Assembly (NCBI GenBank): GCA_905178155.1
Contig: CAJINV010000004.1
Span: forward strand, 8,330,882 to 8,394,881
Direction of reading: 5' to 3'
Source of the DNA: Amoebophrya sp. A120
Taxonomy: Eukaryota > Protista > Dinoflagellata
DNA: 64,000 bases
The notes beneath the pieces were generated by a model that worked only from the letters and a program-made list of their open reading frames with translations, made no database searches and was not told the origin of the DNA. This document shows positions 48,738 to 60,400 of this stretch, one piece after another. The position numbers were made by a program, and so were the translations under genes. The first letter of the stretch is position 1. Each line of letters begins with the position of its first letter.

Positions 48738-51700
48738 TCACGCGTCCAACCGCACTGCAGAGTACTGGCGCGGAACCGCAGGCGAAGACCCGGAGGACCT
48801 TATCCTGAGGAAAAACGTCCCCACCTGATAGCCAAGATGGGGAATCTGCTAGACAAATCAGCCAGGTTAAACTTTGGTTGTTGCGCATGACAGGTTTGGC
48901 CTCGTAGTGTATAACCCTGTTTGGCTTGTTCAGCAGCATCACAGACCTAGCGCATCATGCTGATTGCAGCATTACAAATTCCAAAACACAACCAGAAAAT
49001 GCTTGTCATGGGGCTCCGCATGAAAAACATTTTGAGCATGCAGAATTGCGTGACTGGGGTGGGGACGTTTTTACATAGGATAGACCTGCTGGCGGATCGC
49101 TGTAAGGACAAGTTTATGGATTGCAAATATGTCTGGGTCTGGAAGATTGCAACTTGTCATGCTACATTTGGATTCTACAAAAATCTGCTTTGCATGAACA
49201 GCAAAAGAGGTCCAGCTTTTGCCACGCCGAGAGGGCATTTCTCATGGGGTATAGGCATCAGGAAGCCGTCACAATCAAAATCTGTGATGCTAGGGCATGC
49301 ATCACAGCCATCACGAGTCATGCAAAATGTGCATGACAGACCTTGCATCCTTCCAGACCCAGACATATTTGCATTTGATAAAGTTTCGCGACAAACTGCG
49401 TTGTCGGTCCAGCGCCCTCTCCGAAGTCAGCCTTTCCACCACGTCCAGGGCCTGCGGGATCGGAAGCACCGCGTCTGCCCCGACGTCGCCTATGAAAGCG
49501 TCAGGACTGAAATCGTCAAAGTTGAAATAATTTTTCATGCATAGTAGATTGCAAGGCATGAAGTGCCTCTCTTGCAGGAATGCCAAGTGAGGCCGACTGT
49601 CAGCCTGTTTGGGATCTGTGATAAAGCTGCTAAACTAGCATGACAGGCTAAACTAGCATGACAGAAGACGCCGTCTGTCCCTAAACAACATGACAACCTG
49701 GATTTAGACGGTGCCGAAATTTGTCATGCACTGCTTACAAATTGGACTTCCAGTTCCAACGCGTATCGATTTTATGCATTACAAGTCATCTCAACTTTGT
49801 CGATTTCAATCCTGACACTCCCATATCGCCCAACGCGGAAATGTCGCGGCGCAGCGAGAGCTATCAAAAACAAAAATGTCTGGGTCTGGAAGATTCTAAA
49901 CTTGTGATGCTGTCTCTGGGTTCGAAAAAAATTTGTATTGCGTGACCAGTAAGAGGAGTAGATTTTGTGCTCTGCGGAGATGGCATTTGTCATGCGGAAT
50001 AGGCATGAGGAAGCGCTCTAAAAATCAAAATCTGTGATGCTAGGCCATGCATTACAGGCATTATGGATCATGCAAAATATGCATGACAAATCTTGTAATC
50101 TCCCAGACCCAGACATTTTTGCATTTGATAAGAGCTGCCGACTGATGTCCTCGCGACTGAGCTCCGCGCTGTGCAGCCGGGAAAGCGTATCAAAGGAAAA
50201 AAGTGTTACAGTTACACACGTTTGTAGTGAATTCAGCATCACAAAATTGCCTTGCATGACAGATGAGATGAAAACTTGCCATGCAGAGTCAGAGATCATA
50301 AGGCAAAATACATATAGACAAGAAACGAGGCTCGCAAGCATCTCGCGCATGACAGAGGTTGCTCGTCTTGCATATGTCTTGCAACACAACGTGTCAGTGT
50401 AGCACTTTTTTCTTTGCATAAAGTGGCGGGGGGACGGGCAGCCGCCCCGCCTGTTCCTCGTCCGCCGCCGGCGTCGCTGCCGTAGCCACATTCACTGCGT
50501 CCCCAAGCGTGAATTTCATGCCCATCCCGAACACGAGCAGGCCCGCGCTATCAAGTGCAAAAGTGCATGGGTCTGGAAGATTGCCAGGTTTGTCATGCAT
50601 ATTTTGCATAATGCATGAGCATGATGCCTGTAATGCATGACCTAGCATCACAGATTTTTAAAGGGCCTTCTGATGCGTATTCCGCATGAGAAACGCCCGC
50701 TCCGCGTAGCACAAACTGAACTCCTCTTGCTGGTCATGCAATACAGATCTTTTTTACCTTCCAAAGACAGCATCACAAGTTGCAACCTTCCAGACCCAGA
50801 CATCTTTGCATTTGGTACGCGCCGAAGAGCTGCAGTTTCGTCACCGGTTCGTGCAGCAGCAGCACGGCAAAAATTGCGGAGCACATGCGGTTATGCACTG
50901 CAAATATGTCTGGGTCTGGAAGAATGCAGTAGTTTGTCATGCAGATTTTGCATGACCCGTGAGGTCTGTGATGCATGCCCTAGCATCAGAGATTTTGCGA
51001 GGGCTTTCTGATGCTCATACCGCATGAGAAATGCCCTCTCCGCGTGGCACAAATTACACCTCTCTTGCTGTTCATGCAACACAGATTTTATGTAGAGTCC
51101 AAAGGCAGCATCACAAGTTGCTTTGTTCCAGACCCAGACATATTTGCATTTGATAGCGGTTCAGATTGGCGAAGATGGAGCAGGTGTTATCAAAATGCAA
51201 AATCCCCCCACCCTATATCAAAACGGAAATCTGTGATGCGGGATTTCTGTACACAAATCAAATTCGTCTTGCAGAAGAGCAATGCACGCAGATCGCAAGC
51301 CTGGACAGGGGCCTCTTATTGTAGGCACCTAGCATGGCAGACGTCAGCCCTGGAGGCCTTACGGCATTACAAATCGCCTACATAACGCGGCGGACAGCCT
51401 CAATTCGCCTTCTTGCATGACAAACCGGATTTGTGGCCACAAATCTGCAACACAAATTTTCAGGAGGGTGCGTTTTCAATATGGGGAGGGGGAATTTTTC
51501 CTTTCGATAGGTGTAGGAGCCACAGGCGTCAATGAGCAGAAACTCGGTGAGCAGCCACAAGGCGGACCCGATCCCGATGCAGAAGATTGCCCGGAGAAAG
51601 TTCGGGAAATTCATGTTCGGGTACTGTTGCTTCAGCGCCGAATCTTCCGCCAGGAGCTGCTGGACCCGGTTGTAGGGTAGCCACGCGGACCCAACTCCGT

Positions 51701-54322
51701 CCTCGTGCTCCATGAGAAAGGACAAGAAAAGGTAGCAGCACCAGTTAAACGGCAAGATCAGCTGCAGGGTGCGCACGGCGCTGGGCATCTTGATACTTTG
51801 CGCGTCCGCGGCCGTCAGTTCTACTTTGGCCGCCGGGGGCTGCTGCGGGTTTTCGGCCGCGACTTCGTCTTCCCCGATGGAGTCCAGAGTGGAGTTGCGC
51901 GGAATTGTTCCCGTCTTCGAGGATTGCTTCTTCACCAGGAGCGGGGAAATTTCGTTTTCCTCCTGCTGGCCCTCAGTCGCTCGCTGCAGTTGTTTTTCGG
52001 TGAGGTTTTTTTCGTAGTTGCCCTGCACCAAATCCACGATGATGATCCGGAACGCGCGGGACAAAACCGCTACGATGCTCTATCGTATTTAAAAACGTCC
52101 CCACCCGATAGTTGTAATGCAAATCTGCCTGCTGAAAATGTTTCTCATGCGGAACCCCATGAGAAGCATTTTCTGTTCGTGCTTCGTATTTTGTCATGCT
52201 CCAATCAGCATGATGCACTAGATCTGTGATGCTACTGAGCTAGCTCAAACAGCACTACAATACGAGTCCAAATTTGTCATGCAAGACAGCCAAAGCTTGT
52301 GGATTTGTCTAGCCATTTCCCAATCTAGACTTTGGGGTAGGGGCGTTTTTACATAGGATATGCTCCAGATGATGCCCAGGGAAAAACTGGCCGACGGACC
52401 GGCTATGGGGAAACGCGCGGCGGCCAAGGCACCGGCACTTCTCTCGGAGGAAGTAGAAGGGAGCATGCTTGCTGTTGTTCCCGTAGCTGCGGCTAGTAAC
52501 AGATGCAAAAAACTGGACTGCTGCTCCACGTTCGTAGTATCAACCCCGAGGACGGCGGCTGTTGTAGAAGTACTCTTGCGACCGGCGACCATCGCTTCTG
52601 CACCCGCAGGGGTGGATGTTGCGGTTGGGGCGGAGGTCGTCGCGGCGGGGGCCGCACCTCCTCCGGGAGCGATTGCGTTGTCCGACTGAATATCGACTGC
52701 AAATATGTCTGGGTCTGGAAGGATGCCAGACTTGTCATGCAGGTTTTTCACGACCCATGAGGTCTGGTATGTAGGACATAGCATGACAGATTCTGTGAGA
52801 GTTCTATCATGCCTATCCTGCATGGGAAACTCCCTCTCGATTAGGTCAAAAGTGGACACCTTTTGGTAATCATGCAACACAGATTTTTACATGATCCAGA
52901 TTTAGCATGACAAGTTGCTTTGTTCCAGACCCGGACAATTTTGCATTTGATACTGGAAATCACTGAGTCCGGACCCAGCGCCGGCCGCGAACATGCCGCC
53001 GAGCACGATGGGCAAGACGGAAGGTCATATGGGATTCTCAATTGTATACATCCTCAACTGTTACATGAATTTGTGATGCAGGAACGGAGCTTGCAACTCT
53101 TGCATTAGAAATTTATTGCCAGAGTCAGATTGTTCCCATCCTGTTTGGCTCTAATTCCAAAATTTGTCATGCGAAGTAGCTTCACCGTGTGGATGCTGAT
53201 GCTCATTTTGCATGACAAATCATGCAACAGTTGAGAAGGTAACCGAGTTGAGAACGCCATAGCCCAGGTCCACCGGTTGTACTGCACGTTGGGCTGCAGT
53301 ATGAACTGCAAACATGTCTGGGTCTGGGAAGTTGCGAGATTTGTCATGCTAGTCTGGCATGACTCTGAACTCTGTATTGCGTCGTGCCCGCGAAGTAGAG
53401 CTCTTCCTATCTGTTTTGCAAAAACGCAGTTTCTCATGCGGGTTACGCAACTCTGAACCACGGAAAACGTTGCCATGCGGGGCAGCGCATAATTACAGTG
53501 CGCTCACTCTACTCCCCTTTCTTGCATCACAAGTTTATTCCAGACCCAGACATATTTGCATTTGAATTTGATATGCAGGACCGAGGTGACGACGATGCTG
53601 ACGGCCGGCCCGACCATCATGACGGGCTCCACCACGGACACTGGGAGGTACAGTAGACAGGACAGGTAGCTGAACCCCGAGAGCACGTTCAGCATCACAT
53701 TCGCCACCAGCAGCGAAACCGGCAGGCCGAGAAAGCTGTTCTTTTGCTGCTTGAACATGGCTATCAAATGCAAAAGCATCGCACTCGTTGTATAAATGCA
53801 TGACAAATAATTCCCTCAGCATGAGAAATGAAATTTGCAATGCGCATTTACCTTGAGAAAAAAATTTGTAATGCATGATTGCAATACGAGTACGATACTG
53901 TTGCACAGGATAATGGCGTAACTCTTGTGACCCGGGGTAATGGTGAAGTTGTACGCATTGCCGAACAGCAGGTACAGACTGGTCACCAAGAACACGTGTG
54001 TGGCCACGCACACGTTGAGAAACAGTGGCGCCTGGAAGTTCAGCCGCCAGTCTAGGAAGGTGTTTGTGGTGGTCGTCGTTGGTGCTGTTACACCAGCTCC
54101 AGGCGCATTCTCATTTTCGACGGCGTGCGGGTCCTGTGTGGAGAGTTTGTAGACCAAAACATAGAACACGTAGCTGCCCGTGTGCACCAGCGCCTGCAAC
54201 ACCTCGCTGAATATCATGCACGGGGTGGACATGCGGGCAGCTGCTGCACCCGGCTGTTGGACGAGTACTTCTGCCGGTTGCCGCTGCTCCGCCGCTTTGG
54301 CGTCCGCCGCCACGTCTGGCAT
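48738..54322 (-). CDS. DMT-superfamily transporter, TPT/SLC35 (nucleotide-sugar / triose-phosphate transporter-like)
   Basis: Multiple TM segments; spliced C-terminus LIDACGSYTCSIFANLNRMCSAIFAVLLLHEPVTKLQLFGAGLLVFG matches the TPT-family last helices; 3' half traced in frame to TGA 48738. Confidence 0.8.
48801..49082. mobile_element. Introner family B
   Basis: TIRs; TSD gacct. Confidence 0.92.
49115..49380. mobile_element. Introner family A
   Basis: TIRs; TSD aagtt. Confidence 0.92.
49491..49825. mobile_element. Introner family G
   Basis: TIRs; TSD tcgcc. Confidence 0.92.
49862..50130. mobile_element. Introner family A
   Basis: TIRs; TSD agagc. Confidence 0.92.
50188..50420. mobile_element. 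Introner family D
   Basis: TIRs; TSD aagcg/aagtg. Confidence 0.9.
50549..50817. mobile_element. Introner family A
   Basis: TIRs; TSD cgcgc. Confidence 0.9.
50892..51155. mobile_element. Introner family A
   Basis: TIRs; TSD gcggt. Confidence 0.92.
51188..51509. mobile_element. Introner family C
   Basis: TIRs; TSD ggtgt. Confidence 0.9.
52081..52360. mobile_element. Introner family B
   Basis: TIRs; TSD tgctc. Confidence 0.92.
52691..52952. mobile_element. Introner family A
   Basis: TIRs; TSD ctgaa/ctgga. Confidence 0.9.
53300..53573. mobile_element. Introner family A
   Basis: TIRs; TSD tgcag. Confidence 0.9.
53762..53912. mobile_element. Introner family F
   Basis: TIRs; TSD atggc. Confidence 0.92.
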
Positions 54323-54589
54323 TTTGGTCTACTAGCTCAACAAAAAAGTGTTGTTTCTTTCTCCTGCTATTTTGCCTTGTCGGACTTCTCGGTGGTGTTG
54401 TAGTTGCACTAGAAATTTGTTGGTACAGAGAGAAGTAGCGCAGTACTGATCTTTTGACTTGATACCGCTTTTGCTATTCACGAGTTCTGGTGCCACGAGC
54501 TTGCTTCAAAATCTTCTTTGTTTTACTACACTATTTAAAAAAATGGTTTACGTGCAGTAGCTCTTGCGCTCGATCTTCAACACTCTCGA

Positions 54590-54946
54590 TTACAACAACG
54601 ACGCTCCACGAGAACGGCCCCTCCCACGAAGTTTCACGACGAAGAGATGAATTTGAATAAGTACCGAGAGAGTTACTATTTCAACATCTGTACGAGAAGT
54701 GGATGAATGCCTGGTTCGGTTTTCTATGTGTCCTGTACATGAGGTTTTGGCTTTGCTCGGCGCGCGACGAGTTCGGGGTGAACACGTTGATGTAGCACTA
54801 GCATTGTACATTACAGCGGAATCTATAACTCCGTACCGACCTGCTTCCATCTCCAGGTTTAACAAGCGCAGACTATCAGTTTCATTTCGTGCCTCTAGCT
54901 CGTCTGCAGCCGCGCACATTGCTAAATCAAAAACCGTGAGTGCCAT
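54590..54946 (-). CDS. Possible short hypothetical protein
   Basis: 118-aa ORF only. Confidence 0.25.
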   Translation of the reverse strand: MALTVFDLAMCAAADELEARNETDSLRLLNLEMEAGRYGVIDSAVMYNASATSTCSPRTRRAPSKAKTSCTGHIENRTRHSSTSRTDVEIVTLSVLIQIHLFVVKLRGRGRSRGASLL

Positions 54947-55023
54947 GTTGATTGTTCCAATTCACGTTTCTTTTCGAACAAGTAGAAAATCATTTTCTCG
55001 CGTAAGTATGTGATTCATTTTTT

Positions 55024-56240
55024 TCACATTTTCGTTTTGTTTTTCTTCGGTATCCCCGGAATGTGAAAGGTTCGGAGAGTCGTAGTTCCATCCGGATTAT
55101 TAAACGCAAAAGTGTCTGGGCCTGGAAGAGTGCCAGACCTGTCATGCAGGTTTACCATGACCCATGAGGTCTGCAATGCGGGACCTGGCATGGCAGATTC
55201 TGCGAGAGTTGTATCATGCCTATCCTGCATGAGAAACTGCCTCTCGATCAGTTCAAAAGTGAACAGCTTTTGGTAACCATGCAACACAGATTTTTACCTG
55301 ATTCAGATTTAGCATGACAAGCGGCTTTGTTCCAGACCCAGACATGTTTGCATTTGATACGGATTCGTCGACTTCATTTCCTCCACGTCTGGCGCCGCGC
55401 GAAGTAGCATGTGACGGCTCGCGGGGGTCTTCACTTTTTTTTCGAACAGTGTGTCTCTGCATCGCTCGGAAAAAGTTTTTCACTGTATGGATTTCCATTT
55501 CTTGGAACTTTTGCATTACAAATTCGTTCTACATGACAGAGAAAATTTGATGCCATGTGTCCTGGTTCCCATGGCAAAACAAACCTGACAATGACTCTCG
55601 GTCGTGCATGCGCAGCAAAGCAAACATTTCTGCATTTCAATGCTTCTGCATGTTGACAAGTTAAGTATTACAGTGAGCCAGTTTTTTCCTCCGATACCTC
55701 CCCCTTTTCGCGAGCCAGGTTCCGGGCCTTCCGGTAGATCTGCCGTAGCTTCGAGGACATGCGCCCCCCGCGCTCGCGCCGGTACCGCCTCTGACTGTGG
55801 AGGGGCAGAATGGTGGGCAGAAACAGGTGGCTGGTCATGTTTGACAAGTTCGGCAGCCTGGAGGGAGATCGCGAAGAAGACCCGAGGGCGACAAGAGACC
55901 TCCTCGCGCCGCCGACGTGGTCCACCGGTTGTAGTATAATTCTGCCGGAACAAGAACTGGTGTTACAGCTGCTTCGCTCGCACGGTGATAATACTTTGCT
56001 ACCAGCAGATGGGCACGAGGATGAAGAAAATCCGCGACGCGATACCGTCGTCCTTGAACCGGCGGCGAGAAAATTTTCATGTCGTCCAGTAGTAGTAGCG
56101 ACACCGCCTCCGGCACCGTACAACCCTGGCGCGAAAAGCCTTCGGAAGGAACAAGTAGCACAAAGTCGCATGGAGGAGCGCGGCGCCCTTTGTTGCGCCA
56201 TAGAAAAATTACGGGATGCGAAGATCAACGACGGCGGCAT
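55024..56240 (-). CDS. Basic hypothetical protein, possibly mitochondrion-targeted
   Basis: R/S-rich, acid-poor leader; spliced ...LAREKGE|DTLFEKKVKTPASRHMLLRAAPDVEEMKSTNP|DGTTTLRTFHIPGIPKKNKTKM*. Confidence 0.6.
55098..55359. mobile_element. Introner family A
   Basis: TIRs; TSD cggat. Confidence 0.9.
55460..55696. mobile_element. Introner family E (diverged)
   Basis: TIR remnants; frame restored on removal plus 5 nt. Confidence 0.7.
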
Positions 56241-57434
56241 TATTATATGCTCGCTTCAAAGTGCGTACAACAAATTTAAGTACTTGAGCGCAGGAGATGA
56301 ACGGCATCTATTTCTAAATACGACGCCTGCTTCAACAAACGGTACCGTTTTGGTCGCCTGTACAACGAGGAGACTGGTAATAGGGCTTAGTTACTACTTA
56401 TTCCGCGGCAAGAGCTACATGCTGGGAAAACAAGCGACCGCAATTAGCGGTCGCTTGTCCTTCCAGCCAAAACCAATGGGGGGGGAAAACACCTTTCCGT
56501 CGGAAACACTTCGCCACTCTATCGGCGGCCAAAGGTGTGGCCGAATACGAATTGGAACAATTTCGAGGGCAGTTTTTTGGCGGTGCATTTCATCTTTCTG
56601 CAGGACGGAGGTTCAGATTCAGATTTCACTAAGAACGTCGGTGGTCGTAGAAAGCAATGTCAAATATTCTCATTGTCAACAACACACAAGTAATGATACG
56701 TAGCCTTTTGTGCCTTTTCGTTTCGCTGGATACTGTAGGGAAGTCGAGCAAAGCCAAAACGTGTTGGCTGTGGCTCTTTCTGCCACAGCCGACATTATCA
56801 AAAACCAGGAAGATGACCTTAAATCCGCATGCAGAACCGATGCGCGCTCGTGCGGACAACGGTGACGGTCTAGCAGCGCGTGACAAGTTTTGACGAAAGT
56901 GCTAGAAACAATTACGTAGTTCGCAGAAAAAGAAAGTGAGAATTGTCAACCAAATACCGGACGAGAAAGGCAGCAGTCCGAAAAAAGGAACACTAAAAAC
57001 GTACTGTACTATACAAAGATTTCGAAAAATTGCAACTAGAAAAAGTTTGAAGTTTCGCGAGCAGGGAAAGTATTATCAAGTCGGAAGCGCAATTCCACGG
57101 AATAAGCAGACGGTTGATTCCTCTTTTTTTTCGCGAAGTAGAAAGTACTAGCACCGTTACTGCGGAAATTTTGTTGTACTGAAAGGACGTGCATTGATCA
57201 GTCGACCTACCATATCTAAGTTGGATCCTCGGAGAAGAAATTTTCTGTCATACGTAGACCGGTAGTGAGGCCTATTTCTGATGCTAAGTTCAGCAATTTT
57301 GCTCATAATTCTCCTGCCGATCTGTATTCTCTTCACGAAAAGATCTTTTGATTGCATTTCCTTTTGTGGTAAAAAATGCAACGAGAATCTCCACTCATCG
57401 ATTTTCAGACCACGAAAAATTGTTTTTGTCTTCT

Positions 57435-60400
57435 TCACCCGTCGGCCTCGTCCGCGGACCAGCCCCTGACGGGAATGTGGTAGGCCGCCTGCACGGCTGG
57501 GTACACCGGGAATTCCTGCCCGTTATGCACTGCAAAAGCATCGTACTAGTATAAATCGCATCACGAATTTCCTCAGTGTCAGCATGAGAAATTGTAATGC
57601 GGATTTAAATTGAGAAAGAAATTTGTAATGCAGGAATGCGATTTTTAGCACGAGTACGATGCTTTTGCAATGCATATCCGTCCGCTGCCAGCCATTTCCC
57701 GAAGACGCCCGTGGGCGCCGTGTACGCTGTAAACGTGTCCGGCGTTTCCGCTGCGATAAGGCTGGAATCCAGGTACCGCAGCAGCCCTTCTGTGTCTTCC
57801 GCCGTCAGCCGGTGCAGCAACCGGTTCGATGCACCCTGCAATGATCCCTCTGATGCGCCGGCCTCGCCGCTTTTAAAAGGCTCGGAGCGGAAGAGGAACC
57901 TGTCATGCGCGCGTTGGTGCAGTAAGTTTACTAGTACCAAGAAACGAACCGAAGTATGGTCCTTGGGATGATGATGATGATGATGATGATGTTACCCAGT
58001 AAAGCTGTGTGCTGATAAAAATCTACCAAGCAGAGCTATCTTGTACAGGAAAACCAAAACATAAACGGCATCAACGTCAACATAATATACCCAGTTCCGT
58101 CCTTAAAAATTCCCACGATAAAGGAGGTAGAGGGCAGTGCGCGCACCGAGTCCCCATTGCCCATGGCGTGCAGCTTCGCCTGGATCAGGTAGGCGTTAAA
58201 CAGGGCTCCTTGATGATTATTTTGGTGGTGCTGGTACTTTGCCCCTACGGTTGGGATGAAAACGTGGGGCAATCGAGCGACCGGGGAAAGTTCAGCCGCG
58301 AAGTTGCCGCCGGTGAGCGCCCACGCGACCAGCCCGGTGGGGAGGTAGTCGCGGTTATGGAAGCGTCAGGATTGAAATCGTCAAAGTTGAAAAAATGATT
58401 TGTGATGCATAAAATGCAACCAGCAAAGTGCCTGTCTTGCAGAGTAGGCAAGGGAGGCAGATTGTAAGCCTGTTGAGGCTGAGGAGTAGTAGAAATAAAG
58501 CTGCTAAAGCAGCATGACAAAAGGCGTCTTCCTTACCCAAACAGCATTACAAACTGGATTTAGGCACTACCAAAATTTGTCATGCGCCACTTAGAAACTG
58601 GGTTCCAACTGGTCTCGATTTTATGCATTACAAAGTATTTCAACTTTGTCGATTTCAATCCTGACAGATCCATAGCGGTCCGCGAACCCGTAGTCGTGCA
58701 CGATGCTCTGGTATGCAAAGAAAAAAGTGCTACAGTTACACATTGTGTTGCAAGACCGGCAGTACAGACCACCTTTGTCATGCCGGAAGTGCGTTGAAGC
58801 CTCATTCCCTTCGTGTTTTGCCTTATGATCTTTGCATTGCAAGTTTTCTCTGTCATGCAGAGAAAACTTGTGATGCAGAATTCACTACACCCGTGTAACT
58901 GGTGTAACACTTTTTTCCTTGGATATCTGGATCAGAAGCGGATAGGTGCGCGTCTTCAACCTGTATGAGAGTACACAATTGTTCCCCCTCTTTCTCATTT
59001 CTCCTGCAAAACACCAACTCCTACAGGCTGTGCCTGTGCCTCTTGGCAAAGGTTTGCATGACAAACTCCGGAAGCCCAAACAGTACTACTTACACTGCTG
59101 TGCATCAAATTTGTCATGCAAAACCGGCACTCTTGTTGCTGACGCTTGTATAATTATGCCGTTCATGCAACACAAATGAGGGGGACTCGAGGGGAAATTA
59201 CTGTGCACTGTCATAAACTGCGGACCGTTTGCACGAGCTGCTGCTGCACCTTTTGGATGTTCTCCTTCTCGGTCCAGTCCTATCCAAGAAAAAAAGTGTT
59301 ACAGTTACACATTTGTAGTGAATTCAGCATCACAAATTTGCCTCGCATGACGGAGATGAAAGTTGTATTATGCAGAGATTATAAGGCAAAACACACACGA
59401 AGCGAGAATCGCAAGCATTCTGCGCATGACAGAGGTCGTCTGTCTTGCATGTTTTGTAACACGGTCTGTAACTGCAACACTTTTTTCTTTGCATAAGTCC
59501 GGAACGGCCATCTCCCCGTGCACCTCGCTGGTCGTGTACCCGAGCGTATCACGAGGAAAATAAATCCCCCGTCCCCATACTGAAAGTGAAAAGGAATATT
59601 TTTGAAAAATATTTGTAATGCTGATTTATCACCACAAATCGCATCTGTCTTGCAAGAAGGCAACTCCACAGGCTCCCCCGCATTATGCCGGTGCTTTGTC
59701 ATGCTATTGGGCCTACAGCTCGGACGTTTTTCATGCCAACAGCCTAGGCCAAAACCTCTCTTTACTCGGGCTTGATACTGGCCTGCAGTCCTCGACCCAG
59801 CAACACAAATCTGATTTGTGTACTTACGCAAATTCAGCATCAGAAACTTCGTTTTGATACTATGGGGAAGGGGGATTTTTCCTTTTGATAGAGCGCGTTC
59901 ATGAGCAGGTAGATGGCGTAGTCCGCCTGGGGCACCAGGCCCAGCCGCGTCACCGCGCTCTCCAGGGGAAAAATTTGCTCGTTGTAGTTGAAACGACGGG
60001 TCGGGGCGTATCCTGAGCAAAAACGTCCCCACCCCTGAGATAAAGATGGGGAATCCGCTAGACAAATCAGCCACCTCTGGTTATTTCGCATGACAGGTTT
60101 ATCCTCGTAGCGTAATCCTGTTTAGCTAGTTTCGAAGCATCACAGATCTAGCATACCATGCTGATTCTAGCATTACAAATTTCAAAACACGATAAGAAAA
60201 TGGTTCTCATGGGGCTCCGCATGATATTGAGAAACTTTTTCGGCATGCAGATGTGCATGACAACTCTGGTGTGGGGACATTTTCAACTAGGATAGGGCGT
60301 CCGGAAGCTGATGGCCCAGCTGTTCGTACCGGTGCCGCAGGTCGTCACGCAGCACGGCCGCGAGGTCGCTAGTATCAAATGCAAATATGTTGTTCTTTGA

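Noticed and set aside
48801-51509. Repeat / 32-60 nt spacer pattern as a CRISPR-like array
   Set aside because: The repeats are 230-335 bp TIR elements, the spacers are in-frame exons of a transporter, and there are no cas genes.
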